A DNA stretch of 64,000 nucleotides from Nitrososphaerota archaeon. Lineage in GTDB: Archaea; Thermoproteota; Nitrososphaeria_A; Caldarchaeales; Caldarchaeaceae. Of this stretch, positions 18,304-26,840 are shown piece by piece. Position 1 is the first letter of the stretch. The number at the start of each line of letters is the position of its first letter. The DNA is taken from positions 384,001-448,000 of the forward strand of contig JBEPYN010000002.1 of the NCBI GenBank assembly GCA_041641305.1, read 5' to 3'. The notes beneath the pieces were generated by a model. That model had not been told where the DNA came from. It made no database searches and was given only the letters and a program-made list of their open reading frames with translations. The position numbers and the translations under genes were made by a program.

Positions 18304-18818
18304 CTCCTATCCTCCGTTATAGTCACCACTGTCTCGGGCCTTGGAACAGCGTATCCGCCTATGAATAGGCCTCCTCTGGACGTGTGGACCTGTGCCTGTG
18401 CAAGCGTCATGTACAGCCCGCAGAAGGCTCCGCAGTCGGCTAGAGGCTGGACTATATACTGGCCGGGGAGGAGGCTTCTTTTCTCACTGCTCCGATACAG
18501 TATCAATGCGTCAACGGATACGACGATGCTGTCAACCTCGACGGGTACGTTGCCCGTGTTGACAACAAGCAGCTTCCAGGGCATTGTTAGCTGGGTCAGG
18601 TTTCCGCTGAGAAGCCTGCAGAGGCTGGAGTTGTATATGTATGCGGAGACAACCTCTGGCACCCTCGGCGCCTGCCCTACCTGCGCCTCCTGTTTGACTC
18701 CTGCTGAGAGCCTGTTCTGGACATTTAGGTAGGCGATTGCGTAGAGCATCGTCAACGTGAACGCTATCACGCCTACCACCGCCGCCACCGCGGCTAGCCC
18801 GGCTCTGTCAACGCTCAT
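18288..18818 (-). CDS. Pilin-like protein
   Basis: MSVDRAG|LAAVAAVVG hydrophobic N-terminus, VVNTGNVPVEV and HTSRG motifs; start 18818 chosen from the ATGA overlap. Confidence 0.7.
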   Translation of the reverse strand: MSVDRAGLAAVAAVVGVIAFTLTMLYAIAYLNVQNRLSAGVKQEAQVGQAPRVPEVVSAYIYNSSLCRLLSGNLTQLTMPWKLLVVNTGNVPVEVDSIVVSVDALILYRSSEKRSLLPGQYIVQPLADCGAFCGLYMTLAQAQVHTSRGGLFIGGYAVPRPETVVTITEDRRCVEP

Positions 18819-19519
18819 GGCGGTGGCACTCCGCTGCACTGGCTGTCACCTCCTAGGGAGACACGTAGCGATGATGAGGCTGTTGTGCCGTTCTGGTCTC
18901 TAATTGTCACCGTCGCAGTCACCGGGAGGGTTGAGTAGAAATGCTGTGTGAGAAGCACGTGTCCTAGGTAGGTCACCGACCCGCCGTCGCCGAAGTAGAG
19001 GGTGAAGCTGTACGGAGGCTGTCCGCCGTAGGCCAATGCTTGGAAGTATACTGGCATCACCGAGGGGGGGAAGTTGCATCTAAAGTCTACCTGTAGCCCG
19101 CCTCCCGCTCCGCCGGCAGGCGGGGCCGGTCTCTTAACCGTCTCGACCGCAACTGCCCCGTGTCCATCTACATCGACGGCCACTTTCTCGGAGAAGCCTA
19201 CGACGAACTCAGCCCTCTCACCTGGGCCGAGTGTGACTGCTTGAATAGGATGCTCGTGTCCATCGAGGTAGAGCTTGGTTATCTTCACCGGCTGTGTACC
19301 ATCGTTGCTGAGCATGATGACCGGTGGAACATGGTAAACGGTGCTGAGCCTGACGGGTATCTTTTTCTCTCCCTGCGACAGCCTCTCGGCCGCCGCCAGA
19401 GTGGTTGAAGACGCCCTGCCCAAAAGTATGGCCGAGGCTAGGGCTGATATGGCCAGCACTGTAGCCAGCGCCGCTATCGAGGCTACTGCTGTTGAGACGG
19501 CTTTATTATTCCGCGTCAT
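18815..19519 (-). CDS. Minor pilin with C-terminal PKD domain
   Basis: NKA|VSTAVASI signal; SNDGTQPVKI; PKD motif YSFTLYFGDG...HFY. Confidence 0.78.
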   Translation of the reverse strand: MTRNNKAVSTAVASIAALATVLAISALASAILLGRASSTTLAAAERLSQGEKKIPVRLSTVYHVPPVIMLSNDGTQPVKITKLYLDGHEHPIQAVTLGPGERAEFVVGFSEKVAVDVDGHGAVAVETVKRPAPPAGGAGGGLQVDFRCNFPPSVMPVYFQALAYGGQPPYSFTLYFGDGGSVTYLGHVLLTQHFYSTLPVTATVTIRDQNGTTASSSLRVSLGGDSQCSGVPPP

Positions 19520-20283
19520 GTGTTCCTACACCCTCCCGGTATGTTTAGTGTTGAGGAAACTGCTCTGCCCAGCGCGTCGGTGACTATTATCGACGCGGTG
19601 TATTCGCCGTTTTCGTATACGTGGTTGGTTGTGTATGCTGAGCCGTCCTGTATCGCTGTTTCAACGATTCCGTCTCCGAAATCTACGGTGAAGTTGTAGG
19701 GCCTCGCTCCCTGGTTAACGACGGCCTGAATGTTTACGTGAAGCCTTACCAGCTTCTTATTGCCTATCGACCTAACCTCGCATGAGAAATGTCTCAGCTC
19801 TGGCCCGCCGGGTCCACTGTCTCCCGAGTCTGAGTCACCTCCACCGCTGGGGCCCTGAGACTGTCCTCCACCACCCTCTCCGGGAGCCTCATCGTTCCCC
19901 GAGCCCCCTCCTCCGTTGGGACCCTGGGCGTCTCCCCTACCCGGTCCCGGAACCTGATATGCGAGCCTTACATCTCTACTCTCGCCGCATACGACGTTGA
20001 CGTACCTGCTTACTGCCGGGCCTGTGTAGGTGGCTATCCTGCCTGGAAGGATTTCAGCCGGGCCGGAGAGTAGCCTGTCGCCGGCATAGACTTGGCATCT
20101 GAGGACTTGGCTGGACGGGTTCCTGACGTCCACCAGCAGGTCTCCGCCGACCAGTAGAACGCTTTCAACAACGGGCTTGGGGGTCGGCATCCAGATGTTG
20201 GGCGAGACCGCCGAGGTGGCGAAGACCCCCGCCATCAGGAAGATGGCGGACAGCAGTATAACTAGTGCTGTATGGCTCTCCAT
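19516..20283 (-). CDS. Pilin-associated protein with Gly-rich linker and PKD domain
   Basis: N-terminal TM, VRNPSS, Gly/Ser linker, YNFTVDFGDG...NHVYENGEY. Confidence 0.72.
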   Translation of the reverse strand: MESHTALVILLSAIFLMAGVFATSAVSPNIWMPTPKPVVESVLLVGGDLLVDVRNPSSQVLRCQVYAGDRLLSGPAEILPGRIATYTGPAVSRYVNVVCGESRDVRLAYQVPGPGRGDAQGPNGGGGSGNDEAPGEGGGGQSQGPSGGGDSDSGDSGPGGPELRHFSCEVRSIGNKKLVRLHVNIQAVVNQGARPYNFTVDFGDGIVETAIQDGSAYTTNHVYENGEYTASIIVTDALGRAVSSTLNIPGGCRNT

Positions 20284-20284
20284 T

Positions 20285-21253
20285 CTAGCTCACCACCACC
20301 GAAGTTACAGTCACGGTGGCCGTGGTTGTTGTAGTGACCGTGGGTCTGATGCTTACGCTGGTTGATGTCAATATGTTCCACCAATAGGACATAGTTGTTG
20401 TGGTGTACGTTGTGGTAGAGTATGTTGGGAGTGTGGCTGTCGCAGTGTATGTCGTGGTGACTGTTGTTACGGAGGGTAGTGTTGTCGTTACCTTGGTGAC
20501 GTACCACATGGTCCATGGAGTCGCGAGGGTGTCAAGCGAAGTGGTTGTCGTCGAACCTATCTGCTTGGGTATCACAACCGTTGTAAGGTATGTTGCCGTC
20601 GCTAGGTTAGCTTGGTAGGGCGTATAGTAATAGTAGTAGATATAGGTTCTTGTTGATGTCGTGCCGTAGTAGCAGGATAGGCATAGGGTCAGTTTCTGGG
20701 TTATTGTTGTGGTCGAGTATGTCGTCTGTAGTGTCGGAGCCGTCCAAGTAACGTAGTACGGCGTGTATGTGGTGTAGTATACTGTGGTGCTCCTTGTCAA
20801 GACGTATCTGGTCGTGACGCAGCAGCTCGTCGTGTATGTCGCCGTGGCGACTTGGAGGCCCGGCTTCTCCTTGAGAACCAGCTTGAGGCTCCCCGTGCCC
20901 TCCAGCTCGGCTGCCAGTGCTTGGGCGTCGCCGACTAGGACCGATGCCTTCTGGCCGGGCTGTATGGTTATCGGCGGGTTGAGCACCACTTCCCCCGTCT
21001 CCGTGAAGAGCTTGGTCAAGGTAACCGGCGCCGCCCCGTCGTTGGCTATTATCGCTCTACCATCTATCAGAGCCACTAGGCTCAGCTTGGCTCCGGCCAG
21101 CTTCTCGGCTTCGCCAACCTCCTCAACAGCAGCTCTCTGGACGAAGACCGTGTTGGGCAGGTGCATGGATAACGTGAAGGCAACTATCATAACGGTGGCG
21201 GCTAACGCGACTATCGAGGCAGCCGACTGAGAGATTCCTCTCCTGCTCTTCAC
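20285..21253 (-). CDS. Minor pilin with long Thr/Tyr-rich tail
   Basis: RRG|ISQSAASIVAL class III signal; ANDGAAPVTL; C-terminal half dominated by T/Y. Confidence 0.8.
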   Translation of the reverse strand: MKSRRGISQSAASIVALAATVMIVAFTLSMHLPNTVFVQRAAVEEVGEAEKLAGAKLSLVALIDGRAIIANDGAAPVTLTKLFTETGEVVLNPPITIQPGQKASVLVGDAQALAAELEGTGSLKLVLKEKPGLQVATATYTTSCCVTTRYVLTRSTTVYYTTYTPYYVTWTAPTLQTTYSTTTITQKLTLCLSCYYGTTSTRTYIYYYYYTPYQANLATATYLTTVVIPKQIGSTTTTSLDTLATPWTMWYVTKVTTTLPSVTTVTTTYTATATLPTYSTTTYTTTTMSYWWNILTSTSVSIRPTVTTTTTATVTVTSVVVS

Positions 21254-21693
21254 CTCATGCTCACCTCCACGCTGCCTATGATGAATGTTGGAATGCTTCT
21301 ATGGGTCAGGGCTCTGGCCTCAACTATGTAGACCCCTCCCGAGGAAACGCCAGAGACTATGAAGGTGTCGCTCCACGATGTTGAAGGCTTGAGCGCCTCG
21401 TCAACTCCTCTAACGAATAGTTCGTTGGAGCCGCTGAGGAGCCTTATGCTCTGAAGGGTCACGGGCTCTTTACCGATGTTGTAGACCGTGACGGTCAGCA
21501 GCCCCCCGTCTCCGAAGGGCTCTAGATGAGCTGAGACGAGGAGTCCCGTTGATGTGGCGGCTGGCGCCGTCCTGAAGACGCCGGCCGCAAAAGCAACCGC
21601 CATAGCCACTATGGCGGCAAATGTGAGAACAACAGCCGCGATAACCTCGCTTAAACCATATCTCGGAAAAAAAGAAGAGGAGTTTTTCCTCAT
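21250..21693 (-). CDS. Archaeal type IV pilin
   Basis: RYG|LSEVIAAVVL; VYNIGKEPVTL. Confidence 0.85.
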   Translation of the reverse strand: MRKNSSSFFPRYGLSEVIAAVVLTFAAIVAMAVAFAAGVFRTAPAATSTGLLVSAHLEPFGDGGLLTVTVYNIGKEPVTLQSIRLLSGSNELFVRGVDEALKPSTSWSDTFIVSGVSSGGVYIVEARALTHRSIPTFIIGSVEVSMR

Positions 21694-21694
21694 C

Positions 21695-22162
21695 CTACAC
21701 CACCGGCACGGATGTCGAGTGCCTGATGGTTCCGCTGGAGCCTGTTCCGGAGGCTTCGATGACTATGAGGTCTCCCCGACCTGCGCCTAACCCTGTCACA
21801 CATGCCGATGCCGACGCTTCAGCCCCCGGCTGGAGGCTTCCTATCGAGCCCACGGAGGCGGTGTTAGTCCCCCATCTTGCGGTTACGGTTATCCCCGTGA
21901 TGGTTGTCGAGCCATCATTCTTCACCTTAGCGTTCACATAAATGCATGTGTCCTGTAAGTAGGACTGCGCCTCTATCACCCTGATGCTCTCAGCCCTAGC
22001 AAACACTCCAATCCTGGCCATGGTCAGGACGCCTACTATGAGTGCGAGAGCGGTGACAATCACGACGAGTATTATGGCTGCGACGGGCTGGCTGAGTCCT
22101 TTCCGAGACCTCCTGCTAGACCTTCCATAAAAAATATGGGAGGATGTTTTGATGAGGCTCAT
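21695..22162 (-). CDS. Archaeal type IV pilin
   Basis: RKG|LSQPVAAIILVVI; VKNDGSTTITGI. Confidence 0.88.
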   Translation of the reverse strand: MSLIKTSSHIFYGRSSRRSRKGLSQPVAAIILVVIVTALALIVGVLTMARIGVFARAESIRVIEAQSYLQDTCIYVNAKVKNDGSTTITGITVTARWGTNTASVGSIGSLQPGAEASASACVTGLGAGRGDLIVIEASGTGSSGTIRHSTSVPVV

Positions 22163-22172
22163 TCCCTCACCT

Positions 22173-22631
22173 CTAGATGTGGGCTACCGCCGACTTCTTG
22201 TCGACGACTTGGATGCCTCCTGGGCCTGTGCAGGTGACGATGGCTATGTAGATGTTTCCGCTGTTGAAGCCTGTTACGGCGTTTTCCGTGTAGCTGCCTG
22301 TCTGCCCTGGGTTGAGTGATGTTGGTCCAGCCGGTGTCGATAGGGAGGCTCCTGTCCCGTCCTGCACGTCGACCGTACAGCCGTTGAGGACGCTGCCTCC
22401 GCTGTTCCGGACGTCAACGGTTACGAAGCCGTTTCCGTTGACCGGGTCAACCAGTATGTCGACGCGCTCGATGGTCACCTTGGCCGCCGTCCCCCATCCG
22501 AAGAGGAAGCCGCCTGCCATCGACATGGCTACGATGGTTAGGGCGACTCCTGCTACGACGAGGATGAGGGCGAGGATTGGTGCGCTGAGTCCTTTTCTGG
22601 CGTTTTGTTTGATGCGTTTTTCCGTGTTCAT
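22173..22631 (-). CDS. Archaeal type IV pilin (first gene of the array; major pilin candidate)
   Basis: RKG|LSAPILALILVVAGV; VRNSGG. Confidence 0.88.
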   Translation of the reverse strand: MNTEKRIKQNARKGLSAPILALILVVAGVALTIVAMSMAGGFLFGWGTAAKVTIERVDILVDPVNGNGFVTVDVRNSGGSVLNGCTVDVQDGTGASLSTPAGPTSLNPGQTGSYTENAVTGFNSGNIYIAIVTCTGPGGIQVVDKKSAVAHI

Positions 22632-22664
22632 GGCGATAATCTCCGCTATACGGGTGCATATATT

Positions 22665-22695
22665 CGGATAACGGCTCGCATGCCTGCGTTATCCG
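22665..22695. promoter_or_regulatory. Inverted repeat in the divergent pilin promoter
   Basis: CGGATAACG-N13-CGTTATCCG, with an AT-rich TATA-like box just outside each arm. Confidence 0.6.
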
Positions 22696-22727
22696 CATAA
22701 ATATTTCAGAACAGCACCTGACGCGGC

Positions 22728-23144
22728 ATGGAGAAAGCGGTTCTAACGGTTATAATTCTTATTGTGGGGCTGGGTATGACATTGGCTGTCCTCGCCACGG
22801 CTTATGGATGGTTGGGGGTCTGGGGCACATCGGAACGGGTGGTGATAAAGTATGCAGACATAACAGTCAATCCCCAAACTGGTCTGAGTTACGTTACCGT
22901 GGAAATTCACAACGCCGGCGGCATCAGGTTGACGGGCTGCCGCGTAAGTGTTTTACCGAACATAGATGTCGACGACGTGTCTACATCCGACCTACCGCCC
23001 GGCGCCAGCGCCACGTTTTTCGAGTCACGTGTTCCCGGCCTACAGCCTTCTCAGGTATACGTGGTGGAAGCCGTTTGCCGGTCGACTAGAGGAGGCCCCT
23101 CGGTAGAAATAATAGACAAGAAGAGCGTTCAGGCTCATGTGTGA
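22728..23144 (+). CDS. Pilin paralogue of 22173-22631, divergently transcribed, with a very short leader
   Basis: GWLGVWGT/GFLFGWGT, VTVEIHNAGG/VTVDVRNSGG, DKKSVQAHV/DKKSAVAHI; two Cys conserved. Confidence 0.82.
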   Translation: MEKAVLTVIILIVGLGMTLAVLATAYGWLGVWGTSERVVIKYADITVNPQTGLSYVTVEIHNAGGIRLTGCRVSVLPNIDVDDVSTSDLPPGASATFFESRVPGLQPSQVYVVEAVCRSTRGGPSVEIIDKKSVQAHV

Positions 23145-23159
23145 AGTACCATAGCGCTT

Positions 23160-23173
23160 GTCAACATGTTGAC
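23160..23173. repeat. Dispersed palindrome copy (GTCAACATGTTGAC)
   Basis: Intergenic, 23 bp upstream of a TTTATCC box. Confidence 0.9.
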
Positions 23174-23217
23174 GGGGCCAGCTAGGCTATACTGATTTAT
23201 CCAGCTTTTTCTCATCA

Positions 23218-23457
23218 ATGGTTATGCGGTGCCAGTGGCTGGGGGGCGTCTGTGACAGAAGGGCTGATTATACGGTTGAGAACCTGACGAGAGCCGTCAC
23301 ACTAGAGCTGTGCAGGACCCATATGCGTGACTACTTGGAGGGTCTTCGGCTGGATATGGGAGCGGTTGACGTGCTGGAGTTCCGCCGCCGCGGAGGAAAA
23401 ACCCGAAGGCTTGTTGTCGGGAAGCGGGTGCCAGAAATCGAGGTGGCTACGGTTTGA
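23218..23457 (+). CDS. Small putative Zn-binding protein (C..C..CxxH); paralogue of 26841-27038
   Basis: MRCQWL...C...YTV...LCRTH...Y shared with 26841-27038. Confidence 0.7.
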   Translation: MVMRCQWLGGVCDRRADYTVENLTRAVTLELCRTHMRDYLEGLRLDMGAVDVLEFRRRGGKTRRLVVGKRVPEIEVATV

Positions 23458-23774
23458 CGGCTAAGGATGTTCACGTGATTCCGGTGGGGAGAAGACGGGC
23501 AAGCTTCTACGCATTGGGCTGCATAGCCGCGGTCGCCAGCGGCTACAGGTCTGTTGTGCTGAAGGCGCGGGGGGCTAGGATAGCCGACGCCGTGAACGTG
23601 TCCCAGCTTGTAACGCGTCTGGCGCCGCATATTCAGGTCTCGAAGGTGGAGATAGGCACCGAGCGGAGGAGCCGCGGCGACAGGGTGGTGGACGTAAGCA
23701 CCATGGAGATAACCCTAGAATCCAAGAGAGACGTTGGGACGAAAGAGGCTAAGAAGCCTGCGAAAAATAAGTAG
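23454..23774 (+). CDS. albA: Alba-family DNA/RNA-binding protein
   Basis: VVLKARGARIADAVNVSQ...KVEIGTE...VSTMEITL. Confidence 0.9.
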   Translation: MTAKDVHVIPVGRRRASFYALGCIAAVASGYRSVVLKARGARIADAVNVSQLVTRLAPHIQVSKVEIGTERRSRGDRVVDVSTMEITLESKRDVGTKEAKKPAKNK

Positions 23775-23799
23775 GTTATCTGGATAAAGCCATGCGTTT

Positions 23800-24378
23800 G
23801 TGATATTTTACGCGATGAGACGTAATAGTGTTTGGACAGCGGTTCTCACAGCTACCGTCGCCGTAGCAGTCATGCTCACAGCCTTCGCCAGTACACAGTA
23901 TATGCCGCTGGGTAACACGGGCACTAGGATAGTCGCCACTTTGACTCCGTTCGAGGTCGTGCCCCCCGTGTACAGCGGCGCCATGGCGCATCTAGATATG
24001 ACCGCTAGAAGAGTCAGAGGAGAAGACGGAAACTACAGCTACGAGGTGTACTACACGCTTTCGTGGATGAGGCTGAGCTCCCCGCCCACAAAAATCTACA
24101 TCGCAGTGGGTAGACAGGGGCAGACGGGGCCGGTAATCGTCTGGCTCTGCGGAGGCGGAGACAAGCCCGCCTGCCCGCCGAAGACATGGGGAGAAATAAC
24201 ATACAACATTGTTCCGCCGCTTTACCTGAAGGCTGAGGAGATACAGGGCGTACAGGGAGTTGGGGCGGGAGATTTCGAAGGATTCATGACCCTGCTGCTC
24301 AACAACGCGCTCTACATACAGATAGAGACTGAGAAGTTTCCAAATGGAGAGGTGAGGGCTCAGCTCACGGCTCGGTAG
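23800..24378 (+). CDS. Secreted CHRD-domain protein
   Basis: ATLTPFEVVPPVYSGA, G..GQTGPVI, LYIQIETEKFPNGEVRAQL; N-terminal signal/TM. Confidence 0.8.
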   Translation: MIFYAMRRNSVWTAVLTATVAVAVMLTAFASTQYMPLGNTGTRIVATLTPFEVVPPVYSGAMAHLDMTARRVRGEDGNYSYEVYYTLSWMRLSSPPTKIYIAVGRQGQTGPVIVWLCGGGDKPACPPKTWGEITYNIVPPLYLKAEEIQGVQGVGAGDFEGFMTLLLNNALYIQIETEKFPNGEVRAQLTAR

Positions 24379-24408
24379 AGCATCAAACCCTCCTCCCCAT
24401 TTTTTGAA

Positions 24409-24810
24409 ATGCTAAGCAGAGCTGAGCTCGTCAGGTTTTCCAAGTTCTGCATGGTCGGAGGCTCAGGAGTCCTAGTCAACACGGGTATTCTATACCTCTT
24501 AACAGGCTATGTCCTCGGGGCGCGGCTATACATGGTCGCCGCGGTCATAGGCCTAGAAGCCTCGATACTCAGCAATTTTGTTCTGAATGAGCGCTGGACG
24601 TTCAGAGACTTGACGGAATCGGCAGGGGTGCTTGAGAGGATGCTTAAGTTTCATGTATCAAGGGTTACTGGCTCAGTCATGTCCCTGGCCATCCTATACC
24701 TCCTCACAGAGCTGGGCATGTTTTACCTGTTTTCCAACCTTGTCGGAATCTTCGTAGGAACTATGGTAAATTATCTGACCAGCAGGCTCTGGGTTTGGAG
24801 AAAAAACTGA
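24409..24810 (+). CDS. GtrA-family lipid-linked sugar flippase
   Basis: KFCMVGGSGVLVN, NFVLNERWTF, NYLTSRLWVW. Confidence 0.9.
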   Translation: MLSRAELVRFSKFCMVGGSGVLVNTGILYLLTGYVLGARLYMVAAVIGLEASILSNFVLNERWTFRDLTESAGVLERMLKFHVSRVTGSVMSLAILYLLTELGMFYLFSNLVGIFVGTMVNYLTSRLWVWRKN

Positions 24811-24836
24811 TGACTTCGGCGTTTATAGCAAAGCCT

Positions 24837-25124
24837 CTAAAGAGATGGAGTAGCAGCCTCCATAGTTATCTCGATAGTGCTTATGCCGATTTCTCTTCCA
24901 TTCTTCAGCCTCCTTCTCTCTGTGTCGATTTTGATGGAGTCGACCCGTAGCCCTAGAATCCTTGAAGACACCTGCGAGACATCGACAGCTCTGCTGATAG
25001 CTCTTCCCCTAGCCCTTAGGATAATTCTCTTAGCACTATTATCGAGGCCTTTCTTCATCTCCTTAACATAGTACTCCGGATGATTATTGCCCACATACAC
25101 AACGTGCTCATCTGCCTGGGACAA
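24837..25124 (-). CDS. albA: Alba-family DNA/RNA-binding protein (second copy)
   Basis: VVYVG...IILRARGRAISRAVDVSQ...IKIDTE...ISTIEITM. Confidence 0.92.
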   Translation of the reverse strand: MSQADEHVVYVGNNHPEYYVKEMKKGLDNSAKRIILRARGRAISRAVDVSQVSSRILGLRVDSIKIDTERRRLKNGREIGISTIEITMEAATPSL

Positions 25125-25190
25125 TGCCTAATCAACGTAGAAAGAGAAGAGTATTAAGATTTCTATCTTTCTCCTAGAAGATAGTAGGCT

Positions 25191-25511
25191 TCAATATCTC
25201 CGGAGAATTGTTGTGAGAAGGCCGAGAACAGCTCCTGCTAAGAACCCCAGCGCCCCAAACTGGTTTCTCGAGAGAAAGGACGCCATCATCTGAATCCCGT
25301 TTATCATGAGGTCCACAATGTTCTCGGGGGTGATGGAGAACGGTAGGCTAACACCAAGCATCGGCAGCACAACTGGGGCTAGCAGCGCGATGATGAATGA
25401 TGCTAGGATGAGTTTCCAGAACCGTAGTAAGGCAAGCCCTGTCCCTAACCCTATCAGGAACCACATGACGGCCAGCAGTGTCTCCGCTTCCGTAAACGCT
25501 TCAGGCAGCAT
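25191..25511 (-). CDS. Small integral membrane protein
   Basis: Three hydrophobic segments. Confidence 0.6.
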   Translation of the reverse strand: MLPEAFTEAETLLAVMWFLIGLGTGLALLRFWKLILASFIIALLAPVVLPMLGVSLPFSITPENIVDLMINGIQMMASFLSRNQFGALGFLAGAVLGLLTTILRRY

Positions 25512-26028
25512 ATTTAGCGAGGTGGGCTACCGCGTAAACGGAGGCTACTGTAAGGGCTAAGCCCGTGATGAGAAAAATCATACGCATCCTCCTGCCCATG
25601 TACCTGCCGTCCAGTCCAAAAGGTGTGCCGATTAATGTGGCCGATAGGGCTAGCGCCGCTAGGCTGAGGTGCTTGAACACAGGCGACGCTGCTAAAGCAA
25701 TCGCCGCCATAACCATGGTCACAATCGGGCCGGAGGCTGCGCCTGCCGCTGAGAAGGTTGCGCCTTCCGGTACCTTAACGTCGCCGCCGAAGCCGAGTAT
25801 CCCTCTGGTGACAGCTATCTCCGCCTGAATGCCCTGTATTCTCATGACAGTCCTATGGGCTAGCTCGTGAAGCGGCACAGATGCGGCGAGCCAGAGCCAG
25901 AGAAGGGTGACGCCCACTGCGTCGTTGAGCCATGTAGTTGGCATGGCTGTGAGCAGGAGAGCCGTTAACAAGAAGCTGTAGAGCGCACTCGCGCCTACAA
26001 CTATTAACACGGCTAATGATTCGCGCAT
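25501..26028 (-). CDS. Membrane zinc metalloprotease-like protein (M50-related)
   Basis: HELAH next to a TM, ASGP (AGP-like), LDG near the C-terminus. Confidence 0.65.
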   Translation of the reverse strand: MRESLAVLIVVGASALYSFLLTALLLTAMPTTWLNDAVGVTLLWLWLAASVPLHELAHRTVMRIQGIQAEIAVTRGILGFGGDVKVPEGATFSAAGAASGPIVTMVMAAIALAASPVFKHLSLAALALSATLIGTPFGLDGRYMGRRMRMIFLITGLALTVASVYAVAHLAKYAA

Positions 26029-26086
26029 CTCGGGCTCCTACTATCGCGAAGATATATATAATGGTTTAAGCACTTTCGCGGTACTC

Positions 26087-26323
26087 TGTCAACAAGTTGA
26101 CAACACTACAAACCTTTTTGTAGCTACTCTTGCTTGGCGTTATTCTGTCAACATGTTGACGGAGCAGGTACCTCATTGTTTCTACGGTGGTTGTCAACTT
26201 GTTGACAGTTTGTTTTTTAGCTATTTATATGGAACTTTGTGTCAAGCCTGTCAACTTGTTGACAGAATATCCTTAAACATGAGTAGATACAAAAATCATT
26301 GTAGATTTGTCAACATGTTGACA
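26087..26323. repeat. Cluster of five GTCAACWWGTTGAC palindromes with 43-bp terminal inverted repeats
   Basis: Copies start at 26088, 26147, 26193, 26250, 26309; the reverse complement of 26087-26129 matches 26281-26323 at 36/43. Confidence 0.92.
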
Positions 26324-26348
26324 TGTCCCTCGGTTTTGACCCAACACA

Positions 26349-26834
26349 TTAGGTCGAGAACTCGATTCTGCTACCAGGGGGAGACATGACTGCTAGGCTT
26401 GTCTGGAGAACGTAGACGGGCTGCCCATCACTGTCATATCTACCAGTCAGCCTGAAAGCCATGTCAGAGGCGACCATCTTGGTCTTGAAGACGGGCCCCT
26501 TCGGCATGACTCTGTAAACATTATACCTCTCCTCGCCCTGTAGAACCCGCACCGCTACACCGTATCTAGCTGGATAGAGCACCTCGTCCATGGTTGGAGG
26601 CTCCGTAGCCTTTCCCCGGAGGTTAGTCGGTGCGCTTACCATTAAGATATTCTGCACATCCAGCGTCGTCTGGAACCTGCCCTGCCTGCTGTCCGGTTGC
26701 AGCCGTATCCTGAGAAGCACTGCCCGGGCCCTTATGACGGAGCCGTCCTCCATCAAGTAGGTGTTCCACTCCTCCTTCAGCACCTCGAACGGTATCTCCA
26801 CGTATTCGCCGCCTAGACCACTGTACTCCGACAA
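26349..26834 (-). CDS. Hypothetical protein with an apparent internal duplication
   Basis: EVLKEEWNTYLMEDGSVIRAR vs RVLQGEERYNVYRVMPKGPVFKTK; D.DGQPVY C-terminus. Confidence 0.65.
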   Translation of the reverse strand: MSEYSGLGGEYVEIPFEVLKEEWNTYLMEDGSVIRARAVLLRIRLQPDSRQGRFQTTLDVQNILMVSAPTNLRGKATEPPTMDEVLYPARYGVAVRVLQGEERYNVYRVMPKGPVFKTKMVASDMAFRLTGRYDSDGQPVYVLQTSLAVMSPPGSRIEFST

Positions 26835-26840
26835 GCATGT

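Noticed and set aside
15600-21000. Apparent GTN/ACN tandem DNA repeats, or a diversity-generating retroelement target
   Set aside because: Explained by poly-Thr coding; no reverse transcriptase or TR/VR pair seen.
15538-22631. Archaellum (flagellum) operon
   Set aside because: No FlaH next to the ATPase, no FlaF/FlaG, and the subunits look like pilins with PKD or Thr-rich tails.
26087-26323. CRISPR array interpretation of the regularly spaced palindromes (also 45126-45262)
   Set aside because: Repeats are only 14-18 bp, the spacers are conserved between clusters and partly inverted copies of each other, single copies occur elsewhere, and no cas genes are seen.
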